The notes below the pieces were generated by a model. The model was not told where the DNA came from. It made no database searches and was given only the letters and a program-made list of their open reading frames with translations. A program made the translations under genes and the position numbers. Below, in pieces: positions 1-9,528 of a DNA stretch of 64,000 nucleotides (its first letter is position 1; each line of letters begins with the position of its first letter). Source of the stretch: a virus; IMG/VR virus record IMGVR_UViG_3300028377_000005, positions 32,001 through 96,000 of that record; one strand, 5' to 3'.

Positions 1-2
1 AA

Positions 3-203
3 GTGTACCGAAGCAACGGTTACATTTACAACACGCAACAAAGGATCTCCCTTGTGGGGGCGATCTCCATTTTTTACGACGGCACTATTTACACGGGTTC
101 TTTCGACTCTTTTTCGATCACGCAATCCGAAGACAAGCCGTTCACGTTCGATTACAATTTCGCTTTCACCGTCCGTTTCGAACAATCCATGAAGAGCATT
201 TAA
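3..203 (+). CDS. C-terminal fragment of probable tail tube-initiator/baseplate-associated protein (5' truncated)
   Basis: Frame open from window edge; YTGSFDSFSITQSEDKPFTFDYNFAFTV pattern resembles tube-fold baseplate proteins; upstream of baseplate genes. Confidence 0.45.
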   Translation: MYRSNGYIYNTQQRISLVGAISIFYDGTIYTGSFDSFSITQSEDKPFTFDYNFAFTVRFEQSMKSI

Positions 204-619
204 TGCCCCTCCTCTTGTCCAAAGAGCATTACCGGCCCGGCGAACTTCTTGTGTATGGGTTTGCAACCTATGAGCATTGGGAAGGTGAGCTTGAGCCGTC
301 ATTCATGTTTCGCCTTGGTACCTATGAAAAGTCGGAAACCTTGTCCGACACGGGAAAGACCCGACACCTCATAGCCATGAAAGCTAGCATGTACTGCAAG
401 GCGTCCAGTTACGCCGGTAATCGGTTTTACGTACCTACGGGAGCGCTTAGTCAAGTGGGGTGTGAAAGTCTTTTAGGGGCCGTGTGCGGGCCTCTGAACT
501 GTGACGACCCTTACGAGATGAAAGCCTACCTCAAGCAAGTGATCAAAAAGTACCGTTCCCGCTTCCGAGACGATATTATGCAATTAGCCCTTTGCCTTGT
601 GAGTAGCGAGGACGAGTGA
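203..619 (+). CDS. Hypothetical protein, paralogue array member 1
   Basis: TAATG overlap with upstream stop; shares LGxxxG..DPYExxxYLKQV motif with following ORFs. Confidence 0.8.
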   Translation: MPLLLSKEHYRPGELLVYGFATYEHWEGELEPSFMFRLGTYEKSETLSDTGKTRHLIAMKASMYCKASSYAGNRFYVPTGALSQVGCESLLGAVCGPLNCDDPYEMKAYLKQVIKKYRSRFRDDIMQLALCLVSSEDE

Positions 620-620
620 T

Positions 621-1103
621 ATGCCTCTGATCCGCAAAAAAGAACGGTTTCGCAAAGGCGACTTGATCGTCTGGTATTCCATCGACTTTGAAGAGGTCGA
701 AGAAAGTATCGGTAGCCCTTTGCAGGTCTATCCGTTCTGTGAGGTGTCGGTCGGTATTTACCAAGGGGTTGTTCTGGGCAATCCACACCCATTTTGGGTG
801 GGCTTGGGGACTACAGAGGGGCTTACCTTTATCCGGGCGGACGAACGTGGTTCGTTATATTTCGAAGCAAAAGATTATGCCGGTGCTTTATTTTACCCCC
901 ACCCTGACCAAAGTAAGTGGTCGTTTTTAGAGGTCATTGATTCCGAACTGATCTTGGGCACCGTGTGTGGTACTTTAGAATGCTCAGATCCTTATGAGGT
1001 GCGGTCTTACCTCAAGCAAGTGATCCAACAGTACCGACCGTTTTTCATCGAAGAAATGACGCTGATGCTTCGGGATATTTGGGACGAGGACGAGGAGATC
1101 TGA
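621..1103 (+). CDS. Hypothetical protein, paralogue array member 2
   Basis: LGTVCGTLECSDPYEVRSYLKQVIQQYR closely matches member 1. Confidence 0.8.
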   Translation: MPLIRKKERFRKGDLIVWYSIDFEEVEESIGSPLQVYPFCEVSVGIYQGVVLGNPHPFWVGLGTTEGLTFIRADERGSLYFEAKDYAGALFYPHPDQSKWSFLEVIDSELILGTVCGTLECSDPYEVRSYLKQVIQQYRPFFIEEMTLMLRDIWDEDEEI

Positions 1104-1104
1104 T

Positions 1105-1533
1105 ATGTCAATACTCATCGACAAGTCGAAGGTCCAAGTAGATGATTTCCTCGTCGAAGTCTACATCATGTGTATCCCCAAAGAGGGTGATCCCGTCCCA
1201 CGTATCGTCGAACTCACCCTGTTGCAGTTTGTCGGCTTTGATGATTTCATAACGGATAAAGATCACGTCGTCACGAGGTTGGGTACGTTACATTTCACCC
1301 CATACCGAGGGGGTGGGTTCAGCGGCGTGCATTACGTTTCACATTCGGGCGTGTATAGGCACTATGCGACGGAAGAACGCATCATGGGTGTGATTCCGGG
1401 CGGTATAGATCATCTTGACACGTATACCGTTAAGCAGTACCTTCGCCGGGTTGCAAAAGGGTACCATTCTTACCTGTACGATCTTTCGATGAAAAAATGG
1501 TACGATCGCTATTGCGAGACTGAGGATCAATAA
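1105..1533 (+). CDS. Hypothetical protein, paralogue array member 3
   Basis: MGVIPGGIDHLDTYTVKQYLRRVAKGYHSYLYD is a diverged copy of the shared motif. Confidence 0.75.
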   Translation: MSILIDKSKVQVDDFLVEVYIMCIPKEGDPVPRIVELTLLQFVGFDDFITDKDHVVTRLGTLHFTPYRGGGFSGVHYVSHSGVYRHYATEERIMGVIPGGIDHLDTYTVKQYLRRVAKGYHSYLYDLSMKKWYDRYCETEDQ

Positions 1534-1977
1534 ATGCCTTTACTAGTGCAAGGGAAAATCAGACCCTGCGATTGGGTGGTTGAGGTGTTTCCCGTCCATT
1601 CAGGGAGGGAACTAGGCAACGGCATGATCCGGTTTACTTCCGATCATAGGGTCCAACTCCTTTTGACTTACATAACCCGTAAATGTATCCCCCGCAGTCC
1701 GAGCGAACGGGGCATGTTGGTAGGGGATCGAAAAGGGAGCATTGAAGTGATGCCTTGCAGTGGTGGGATACGGGGCTACGAGGCTAAGTCCTATGTGCGG
1801 GATGCTCAGTTGATAAACCCCAAGAATTGTTTGGGGAAAATGCTAGGTAAACCCCCTGCGGACCCTTACGAAATGTCGTGTTACCTGAAAAGGGTCGCTT
1901 CCTATTATCACAGCGTATTGTATGATATAGCTTCCAAAGATTGGTTTGACGACTTTCAAAAGCGGGAAGACGCATGA
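1534..1977 (+). CDS. Hypothetical protein, paralogue array member 4
   Basis: LGKMLGKPPADPYEMSCYLKRVASYYHSVLYD; abuts both neighbours. Confidence 0.75.
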   Translation: MPLLVQGKIRPCDWVVEVFPVHSGRELGNGMIRFTSDHRVQLLLTYITRKCIPRSPSERGMLVGDRKGSIEVMPCSGGIRGYEAKSYVRDAQLINPKNCLGKMLGKPPADPYEMSCYLKRVASYYHSVLYDIASKDWFDDFQKREDA

Positions 1978-2273
1978 GCTACGCCCTTTACATCGACGAC
2001 GAGCGCAGCCCTAAGACCGAGCGTGATTGGGTGGTGGTTCGTACCTATAATGCGTTTGTAACGACTATCGAGGAACGGGGGATGCCTGAACACATTTCCT
2101 TCGACCACGACCTCGGTGAAGACGAGCCAACTGGATACGACTGTGCTAAATGGCTGGTGGAGCAGGGTTACGTTCCGCAAAGCTATAATGTCCACAGTGC
2201 AAATCCAGTTGGTGCGGAAAACATTCGCGGGTTGTTGGATAATTGGATCCGTTTCAACCGGGAAAACGATTAA
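1974..2273 (+). CDS. Cyclic-phosphate-processing receiver (cREC-like) domain protein
   Basis: LYIDDER, ISFDHDLG, TGYDCAKWL and HSANPVG motifs typical of this stand-alone receiver-like family; ATGA overlap. Confidence 0.8.
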   Translation: MSYALYIDDERSPKTERDWVVVRTYNAFVTTIEERGMPEHISFDHDLGEDEPTGYDCAKWLVEQGYVPQSYNVHSANPVGAENIRGLLDNWIRFNREND

Positions 2274-2286
2274 CCAGTTAGCCGCC

Positions 2287-2457
2287 TTGCTCTTGATTGA
2301 ATCAATCGCCCTCGCCCTCCTTGGCCCCGCATCAACTGGCATTCTCATCGCAGGAAAAGCATGGCCTAACAGCACGTTTTCCAAGGTGCTGTTCTATTTT
2401 TTGGTGCTGTTTTTGGGGTGGGCGTCTTTCGAGCTTCACCTGATCTCGATCACATAA
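2287..2457 (+). CDS. Possible small membrane protein (start uncertain)
   Basis: Two hydrophobic segments in the 3' part of ORF 2116-2457 fill the gap after the cREC gene; no ATG. Confidence 0.3.
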   Translation: MLLIESIALALLGPASTGILIAGKAWPNSTFSKVLFYFLVLFLGWASFELHLISIT

Positions 2458-2519
2458 TGCGTCTATATGTTGCTCCGTATAGACGAACATGAACGGTTGA
2501 GTTTAGTGAGTGGAGCAGC

Positions 2520-5500
2520 ATGTTTCAAGGTACGTACAAGGCTAACAGGCGTCCAGTAGTTACTACTGCACCGGACTGTCTGGTCTATATCAACGGCGAA
2601 CTGAGCCTTCCTAGCGGTTCGAACCCCAACCGCCGTGTTGATCTACAACCCATGCTGGTTTCCGTAAGTGTCAACGTCGGCACGCAAGGCGGCTCCGGGT
2701 CTGCTTCCCTCGAACTCCATATCCCCGAACATTATCTGGACGATATTTACGTGGGCGGCAAGCTGACTCTGACGACCATGATGGAAGTCCAGATTTACAT
2801 GAAAGGCCACTTCACAGTTGGTGGTGCGCCACAGTTTTACCCTGTGTTCTGGGGTATCGTGACGTCGGTCAACGAATCTTACAGCGCCGGTGAACATACC
2901 GTATCCCTTTCGTGTAGCGATATTCTGTATTGGTGGGAGATCCAACAGATTGCGCACAACCCTTCTTGGATGGCGTCACGAGACGACCAGCAACAGCGAT
3001 TCAACTTGGAGGGTAGTGTCTTCACCCGGAAAAACCCTTTCGCGGTCCTGTATTCGCTTGCTCGGAACGTGTACGGCGATTCGATGAACATGCGGAACCT
3101 GAGCCTCACGGGGCAAGACGAACGTTCCGAACCTTCCCCCGAAGAAAACCGTCGCTTAATGGCGTATTGGTCTTTGCGTTGGGGCCGTATTGCTAACTCC
3201 CTTCGAATGTACGGTCCGACCGGCGAAGTTTTGCAGGGGGATGCTCTTGATTTCGCGATCAACCCTAGAAAGTTTCTGAAAGGCAAAAGGGGTCAAGCCG
3301 CCAAAAATGAAGGCACCTTTTTCGATGCTTTCAAACAAGGGGACATTGACTTCGCCAATATCACACCCTTTGCGTTGGTCTTTTCCAAGATGCAATCAAT
3401 GGAGATGACCAACTCGGAGTTCGAAACCAAGCTCAATGTAGCAAACCAAGTCAAGGAGGCCATCGGTTACGAGTTCTTCATGGACGTGACGGGTGAGTTG
3501 ATCTTCAAGCCTCCATTCTACAATATGGACGTGCGGCCCAATTATCCCGTATCGTGGATCCGTGACCTTGATGTGATCTCGTGGAACTTCGCGGAAAACC
3601 CCCCGGACGCCACATTTGTCGAAGCGACCGGTTTTCGTTTCCGGGGCCAGCAAGTGGGAATGGGCGACGAGATCCAACCCAAAGCTACGTATGTGGACTA
3701 CCGCCTCGTGCAAAAGTTCGGGTGGAAGCCCGGTAGCTTTTCATCTGAATTCGTTGGTGGGGATGCTTACGGCGGTCCCAAGGCTTTGTTCTACTACCTC
3801 GTGGATGTCCTCGACCGCCAGAACTCACGGGTCAACAATGGTACCGTGACGATCCCTTTACGCCCGGAGCTTCGGTTGGGATACCCGGTGTATGTCGAAG
3901 GCCGTGACGCCTATTACTACATCGAGTCCCTGACACATACCTTTTCTTACGGGTCCAGATGTACAACACAGGCCACTTTGATGGCCCGGCGTCAGAAGTT
4001 TTACGGGGATTTCGGTCGATGGGAAACGGAAAATCAAGAGCCGCAACCGGGCGATATTGCTGATCCGGGCACTGTCCCCCAGAACATGTACAAGCGTAAC
4101 ATTGATCCGGTGTCGGGTACGCCCGAAGGGGACCGCAACGTCATCCTGACCTATTTCCCGGAAAAGGCCCTTGACGAATACGGCAAAGTCGAGACGTTTG
4201 AGGATCAAGCAGCCAAAGCGGACGATACCGAGGTCTTGATGCGCAACCTCGTGAACCTCCGGTCACAGTTTGGCACCAACGGGCCGAACAAATACATGTA
4301 CATGGTTGATCCGAACCGTGACACACCCCACGATTCCGACGACAATGGCAAGCGTAATCGGGGACCCCTCATGCATATCGAAGCGGACCCCAAGATTGAC
4401 ATTGATGAGGAAGGCCGTAAAATAGAAGTGAACGCTACGACTTTCCCGGTGTCCGATGAACGTGGGTACGAGGTTGTGGGGACTTATGAATATGGTCGCC
4501 GCGTCTCACTTAATTCGAAAGGTTTCATTTTCGACAAGCAAGAGGATGATATCCGGGCGGAAGGGCTACTCAGTATGGAGCCTGATCACCAACGTGGAGG
4601 AACCACGACCCCCAACCAGTCTGAAGACCGTAGCAACCAAGCAGCTTCGGCACACAAGGTAGATCCGAGTAAAGACAAGAACTTTATGGTCGATCCCAAC
4701 AACTACGGGCGGATGCTTACGGAAGTGCGTCCTCCTAGTCTGGGGGCCGCAGACCTTGCGGGTATGGCCCAGACCGAGGCGGCCCGTCTTGCGGACGCTT
4801 TCAAGGGTTCGGTAGGTCCCGGTACACCTTCTGGGGATACAGGCACCTCTTCGAATTGGGAGGGCTATAACGGTGAACAGCCGGGAGTGACTCGAACCCC
4901 CACAACGGCCCAAAGTAAATGGGGCCGTACCTTTGCGTACAACAGTAACGTGGGGCGTTGGCGGGGGACAATCCGTTCGGTGCGTGAACGCTTGGGCTAT
5001 TCCGAAGAGACTTACCCAGATGAAGTGATCCTCGCCTTTATCCACACAGAAAGCGCCGGTGATGCGAGTGCCCGGCGTACAAATGTGGATAAAGATGGGA
5101 ACGAATCGTTGTCACAATTCGTGGGCTTGTTGCAGATCGGAAAAGATAACGCCGCCGATCATGGGCGTAAGAATACGGATTTCATGGGCAACCCGGAACT
5201 GTCAATCCAACATTTCCTAGAATATCAGGATGAATACAAAGATCGCCACAATGGTGATCCCAGAAAACAGGCCATCCTCTGGAAAGGCGGTCCGGGTACG
5301 CTGAAAGCCTACAACCGTCAAGAGGCGGCGGGGCAGACCGACCAACAGTTGGAGCATTGGTTGGCGAATTACCCTCCGGGTAAGACGAAGATCAATAAAG
5401 CGGGTGAGGAAGTAGCTGTCAATTGGGGCGTTGATGAGTACGCAAGCCGTGTAAAGGCGGCCAGCCGGGTGTGGAATACAGCACTTGAAAAAGAACCGGC

Positions 5501-6125
5501 AGGGCCTACCGAAGAAGAAACCGAAGATGCCAGTGCCGCAGGCGGATCAGCAGCGGATAGTGTGGCGGCACAGGCCGCAAACCTTATTGATGAGGCGAAC
5601 GATCCGGTGGCTTCCAAAAGAATTAACCGGGTGGGCCTCCCTTCGGAAGAGAATGAGGCCCGTGTACAGTTGGAACTGTTTGGACAACGACTCCAAGAAA
5701 ACAGGTCACAAGGGATCAATGCGCTTCCGTCCGACCTTAAACCACCTCGTGATCCCTCAGTGATTCCGGTCGTCACGACGTTCCTTCGGGACTTGTATCA
5801 GAGCGCATTTCAGAAAGGTAAGACCCGTGAGGCTGAGTTACGCGGTGAAACAAAGCAGGTTCCTCGGGTGCCCGATGCCGCGTCAATCCCGACGTCTACC
5901 CCCTCGGAAAAGGAATTTGTAGACTCGCCCCTCAGTCGTAAAGAGGTGAAGGACGCCTTGGACAGTGGTGAGACCGTGTCCAGCCTTTTCCGCGAGGATG
6001 GAGCCGTTGAGCAGCTCCGCGAAAAATTTAGGAATTCTAAGAACACCGCCGAACAATCGATCGAAGATGCTGGATCCGCACTTTCGAATCTTACTCCTAA
6101 CCCCACTACGGATGACGACGAATGA
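2520..6125 (+). CDS. Baseplate hub-like protein with lytic transglycosylase (SLT) domain
   Basis: N-terminal beta-rich hub-like region ending GTVTIPLRPELRLGYPV; C-terminal half has FIHTESAG and VGLLQIG SLT motifs; followed by spike gene. Confidence 0.75.
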   Translation: MFQGTYKANRRPVVTTAPDCLVYINGELSLPSGSNPNRRVDLQPMLVSVSVNVGTQGGSGSASLELHIPEHYLDDIYVGGKLTLTTMMEVQIYMKGHFTVGGAPQFYPVFWGIVTSVNESYSAGEHTVSLSCSDILYWWEIQQIAHNPSWMASRDDQQQRFNLEGSVFTRKNPFAVLYSLARNVYGDSMNMRNLSLTGQDERSEPSPEENRRLMAYWSLRWGRIANSLRMYGPTGEVLQGDALDFAINPRKFLKGKRGQAAKNEGTFFDAFKQGDIDFANITPFALVFSKMQSMEMTNSEFETKLNVANQVKEAIGYEFFMDVTGELIFKPPFYNMDVRPNYPVSWIRDLDVISWNFAENPPDATFVEATGFRFRGQQVGMGDEIQPKATYVDYRLVQKFGWKPGSFSSEFVGGDAYGGPKALFYYLVDVLDRQNSRVNNGTVTIPLRPELRLGYPVYVEGRDAYYYIESLTHTFSYGSRCTTQATLMARRQKFYGDFGRWETENQEPQPGDIADPGTVPQNMYKRNIDPVSGTPEGDRNVILTYFPEKALDEYGKVETFEDQAAKADDTEVLMRNLVNLRSQFGTNGPNKYMYMVDPNRDTPHDSDDNGKRNRGPLMHIEADPKIDIDEEGRKIEVNATTFPVSDERGYEVVGTYEYGRRVSLNSKGFIFDKQEDDIRAEGLLSMEPDHQRGGTTTPNQSEDRSNQAASAHKVDPSKDKNFMVDPNNYGRMLTEVRPPSLGAADLAGMAQTEAARLADAFKGSVGPGTPSGDTGTSSNWEGYNGEQPGVTRTPTTAQSKWGRTFAYNSNVGRWRGTIRSVRERLGYSEETYPDEVILAFIHTESAGDASARRTNVDKDGNESLSQFVGLLQIGKDNAADHGRKNTDFMGNPELSIQHFLEYQDEYKDRHNGDPRKQAILWKGGPGTLKAYNRQEAAGQTDQQLEHWLANYPPGKTKINKAGEEVAVNWGVDEYASRVKAASRVWNTALEKEPAGPTEEETEDASAAGGSAADSVAAQAANLIDEANDPVASKRINRVGLPSEENEARVQLELFGQRLQENRSQGINALPSDLKPPRDPSVIPVVTTFLRDLYQSAFQKGKTREAELRGETKQVPRVPDAASIPTSTPSEKEFVDSPLSRKEVKDALDSGETVSSLFREDGAVEQLREKFRNSKNTAEQSIEDAGSALSNLTPNPTTDDDE

Positions 6126-6313
6126 GCCTTTGGACTACAGACCCCAAGACTAAAAGCGCCCTCGAAGATATTGACCCAAACTCTTTCGACCCGGATGCGG
6201 TGACAAAAGCACTAGAGGACGGCGGTGCGGAGGAGCTTGAGCGCAAGATCAAGGCTGCGCAAGAGCCTTACCAACGTAAGCATAATCAATGGCCACACAA
6301 GCGGAGATATTGA
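6122..6313 (+). CDS. Small hypothetical protein
   Basis: ATGA overlap with hub gene; ends 3 nt before spike gene. Confidence 0.6.
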   Translation: MSLWTTDPKTKSALEDIDPNSFDPDAVTKALEDGGAEELERKIKAAQEPYQRKHNQWPHKRRY

Positions 6314-6316
6314 CCG

Positions 6317-8482
6317 ATGGCTAAACGTTTTGGACCACCAACACCTATTGGGGAAAGACCACTCCGAAGCAAAATGCTCGGACATAAAGGTCCTTTGCGT
6401 TTTGCCCTCCGCCTTGGTGAGATCCAGCGGGTGGACTATGAGCACATGGTCTGTGATATCCACTGGCTACAGGGTGCGACCCCTCCCGCAAAAGAGGTCC
6501 CGCTCACCAGCGGCTACTGGTCCAAGCGTGGTTTTCTCGGCGCGATGCCCGAAGAAGGTAGTGTCGTCGTGTGTGGTTTTTCTGCTGCCCATACTGATCA
6601 AGCAGTCAAGCCTTATATTCTGGCCTATTTGCCGAACGGCTACCTGACGGCTTTAGGTTTCGACCCCCTCGGTGTGGCTGAACGTAACGCTGAAGGGATC
6701 GACAAGCCTCTAGAAACGCTTCAGAGGGAATTACAGGGCCTCTATGGTCCGACCCGACACAAGATGCGTAAGCTGTATCCCGGAGACATTTACGGCGCTT
6801 CTGATAAGGGTGCGGAGCTTATTCTGGATCGGGATGCCCGACTACTTAACAGTGGTGGTGCTGAGTTGTGGTTGCGGACCGAAGACCAGTCTTTGATCAC
6901 AACGACTCTGGACGCCTATGCTACCACGGCTGCCGCCCGGCGTCGTTCGGGCCGTATCACTCGGAGCGCTCTTACGTTGCCTTCGGATATGACTTTTGGG
7001 GAAGACGGTCGTATCAAGCCGGGCACTCTACTGTTCGAACACCTCGTAGATGCTGGTTTGATTTTCGAGGATGGCGACATACCGCCAGACATTAACCGCC
7101 TCCCCTTCATCACCTTGGAAAGCGGGGAGCGCCTTGCCCTCGTGACGGAAAACCTTGCAGACGTGACGGACCCGGACGTTCAGGTGTATGCTGAAGATCG
7201 GGTGGAGATTCAAGAGTTTACCGACCAACGTCTACCGTTCCCGGACCACTACGGCTTTGATGGGGACTTGATTGGCGACAACCCCCAATGGAACCCGTTC
7301 ATCGAAAAGGTGAGCGGTACCGTGGTGGGGAACAACCCATATACAGCACGGGGCCGGTCTAACTATGGTAAGCTCCTGAAACCTGTTCTTTTCGATTCGC
7401 CTTCGTCCACGTCTGGACGTGTTCGTATGGAGCCGGTCAAGAACGAACAGGGTGAAAAAGAAAAGTCGCTAGTGGCGGCCCACCTATATCGGATGAACCG
7501 TCCCGATGGGCTTGGTGAACTGTTCCTTGCTCACGATAAAGAAGGGCATGTTTTCCTTTCGATCCCGGCTTCCACGTCGAAAAAATCCAACCTCGGTGCT
7601 GGTCGATCTATCGAAGCCGATGTGAAGGGGTCTATCAAAGCAGTGATCGGAGCGAACAAAAACGACCATACCTCGCTCGACATATTTGCCACCGGTGGAG
7701 CCAAGTGGACGCTTGGCTCCATTGACACCACGGGTCGATCCCTAGACCTCATTGCGAAAGGTGGCCTCGGCGTGAAGGTCACCGGTTCCGACCGGGATGG
7801 CTCGGCAATCACCGGTGAGCTTTCCGGGGACGTGGGCCTCGCCATTGAAGGTAGCTTCGGCCTTTCCACCACCGAAGACCATATCGAAGAGATCAACGGG
7901 AAAAAACAGGTGTCCTCCGAAGGTCGTGAGGCTAGCGTCGGTACCGGTGATGATGCTTTGACCGTCCTCAGTAACCAGAGCCACACGATCAAGGGGAATG
8001 TGTCCAATAGCATCGGCGAAGGGCGCACCACCACCATCGTCAAGCCCAGCACCACGAGTGCGAATGCTGAGGAACTCAAGATCCTTGCGGGCAACCGCCA
8101 GACGACATTTGGCGCTCCAGCTACGGACACCATTACGTATGCCTCAACCGGCACTAAGACCGTACAGGCGGGCGGCCCCCTTACGTGTTCATGGCAAAGC
8201 CCGACTACTGGAAACTTTACTTTCCAAGCCTCAAGCGGTACCTATTCGGTGACGTTGGGTGCGGGCACGATCTCTTTAACGGGAGCTAATGTAAATGTTT
8301 CCGCGTCCACAGCAATCAACATCCAAGCTCCCACCGTCAATGTGACAGGCAAGGTCGCGCTAGGTACGGCGGCAGCCGCTCTGGCAGTTGTGGGAGGCTC
8401 CCCCGGACCTAGCCCTTATATTGATCCACTCACAGGCTTACCGTTGACAGGGAACCCTCTGGTCAATGTACCTTCCGTTTGA
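6317..8482 (+). CDS. Baseplate central spike (Gp5/VgrG/GpV-like)
   Basis: N-terminal OB-fold-like LGEIQRVDYE...MPEEGSVVVCGF; C-terminal Gly/Thr/Ser-rich beta-helix-like repeats. Confidence 0.7.
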   Translation: MAKRFGPPTPIGERPLRSKMLGHKGPLRFALRLGEIQRVDYEHMVCDIHWLQGATPPAKEVPLTSGYWSKRGFLGAMPEEGSVVVCGFSAAHTDQAVKPYILAYLPNGYLTALGFDPLGVAERNAEGIDKPLETLQRELQGLYGPTRHKMRKLYPGDIYGASDKGAELILDRDARLLNSGGAELWLRTEDQSLITTTLDAYATTAAARRRSGRITRSALTLPSDMTFGEDGRIKPGTLLFEHLVDAGLIFEDGDIPPDINRLPFITLESGERLALVTENLADVTDPDVQVYAEDRVEIQEFTDQRLPFPDHYGFDGDLIGDNPQWNPFIEKVSGTVVGNNPYTARGRSNYGKLLKPVLFDSPSSTSGRVRMEPVKNEQGEKEKSLVAAHLYRMNRPDGLGELFLAHDKEGHVFLSIPASTSKKSNLGAGRSIEADVKGSIKAVIGANKNDHTSLDIFATGGAKWTLGSIDTTGRSLDLIAKGGLGVKVTGSDRDGSAITGELSGDVGLAIEGSFGLSTTEDHIEEINGKKQVSSEGREASVGTGDDALTVLSNQSHTIKGNVSNSIGEGRTTTIVKPSTTSANAEELKILAGNRQTTFGAPATDTITYASTGTKTVQAGGPLTCSWQSPTTGNFTFQASSGTYSVTLGAGTISLTGANVNVSASTAINIQAPTVNVTGKVALGTAAAALAVVGGSPGPSPYIDPLTGLPLTGNPLVNVPSV

Positions 8483-8508
8483 CGGTGAGGGTATTCTTGT
8501 GGTATACA
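8479..8508 (+). promoter_or_regulatory. Sigma70-like promoter
   Basis: TTGACG-N18-TATACA just upstream of GAGG RBS and ORF 8534. Confidence 0.45.
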
Positions 8509-8533
8509 CTACGTACCAACATACGAGGTAATT

Positions 8534-8941
8534 ATGAGTGAAGAAAACACGCCGGAAGACTCCTCCGAAGAGGCGGGTATCAAGACCTTGCCCCGGATGG
8601 AAGACGACGAAATTCGTGAGTTCGTGGACGCCCTTTTGTCCGGGAACCTTTTCACGAGCGAACAGGTCCAAAACGAAAGCGACATTCCGATGGTCTTTAT
8701 GCCCCTGATGCTTGGGGCCTCTGAGCATTTGGAACCGATTATCGACGATATCGGTTGCCTGTACGAGTACATGAGCAAAGCCGGACCCCGTGGCATTAAC
8801 GGTCAGCCGGTTTTCTATTCGTTCAATGTGCTCCACAAAGACGACTGGTCAATCGTTTTGGACACTTTGAAATACGAGGAAACGCGCCGTCAAACCATGC
8901 CGGTCATTCGTCGTAATAACGATGAGGAAGAAAGCACCTGA
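8534..8941 (+). CDS. Hypothetical protein
   Basis: GAGG RBS; 135-aa ORF coupled to next gene. Confidence 0.75.
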   Translation: MSEENTPEDSSEEAGIKTLPRMEDDEIREFVDALLSGNLFTSEQVQNESDIPMVFMPLMLGASEHLEPIIDDIGCLYEYMSKAGPRGINGQPVFYSFNVLHKDDWSIVLDTLKYEETRRQTMPVIRRNNDEEEST

Positions 8942-9528
8942 TGCCTGTTACCGCCCTACAGTTAGCTCCCGCAATACAAGCCCAGCTTAACTCCCAAGGC
9001 TTGGTTGGATCCTTTGTGACCAACCTCGCTTCGGGTGTGGGTATTGGTATTCAGAATTTCGTCCAGACCTTGGTCGTACAGGCTCAGGCTTTCGGGACTC
9101 TGGGTGCCGGTGAGGGTACAGGTAAATGGACACTGGACCCGCTATCGGGTATGCAGATCCTAGACACCAACATCATGGCATCGGCATTACCCGGAACGGA
9201 CAAGTCCAAGATAGCCAATGGTGTAGCGTTTGGTACGGCTCAGGTGATCAATAGCTCGGCGGTTGTTCAGACTGCGGTCGCTGGTGTTGCTGTAGGCAGT
9301 GAGACTGGCGCTGTGATTAACGCGGACCCTACGGCGGCCACGAGCTTTATCTATTCGGGCTTAACCTCTTACGGAATCGTAGGGCCTAAAGCGGCTAACC
9401 TTGCGTCGGGACTCGGCCAAGGTATTGCTATTTGGTTTGCTTCCGGGGTGGTTACAAACGCTGTCGTGGGTAGCCCGGTCTTCCCTTTCAACCCCACTAC
9501 CGGTTTGGGTACGGGTAAAATCACATGA
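8941..9528 (+). CDS. Gly/Ala-rich probable virion protein with internal duplication
   Basis: Repeated NLASG(V/L)GxGI motif; located in the baseplate module. Confidence 0.55.
   Translation: MPVTALQLAPAIQAQLNSQGLVGSFVTNLASGVGIGIQNFVQTLVVQAQAFGTLGAGEGTGKWTLDPLSGMQILDTNIMASALPGTDKSKIANGVAFGTAQVINSSAVVQTAVAGVAVGSETGAVINADPTAATSFIYSGLTSYGIVGPKAANLASGLGQGIAIWFASGVVTNAVVGSPVFPFNPTTGLGTGKIT

Noticed and set aside
203-1977. Diversity-generating retroelement or CRISPR-like repeats
   Set aside because: No reverse transcriptase, no long template/variable repeat pair, and no regularly spaced repeats; only short coding identities.
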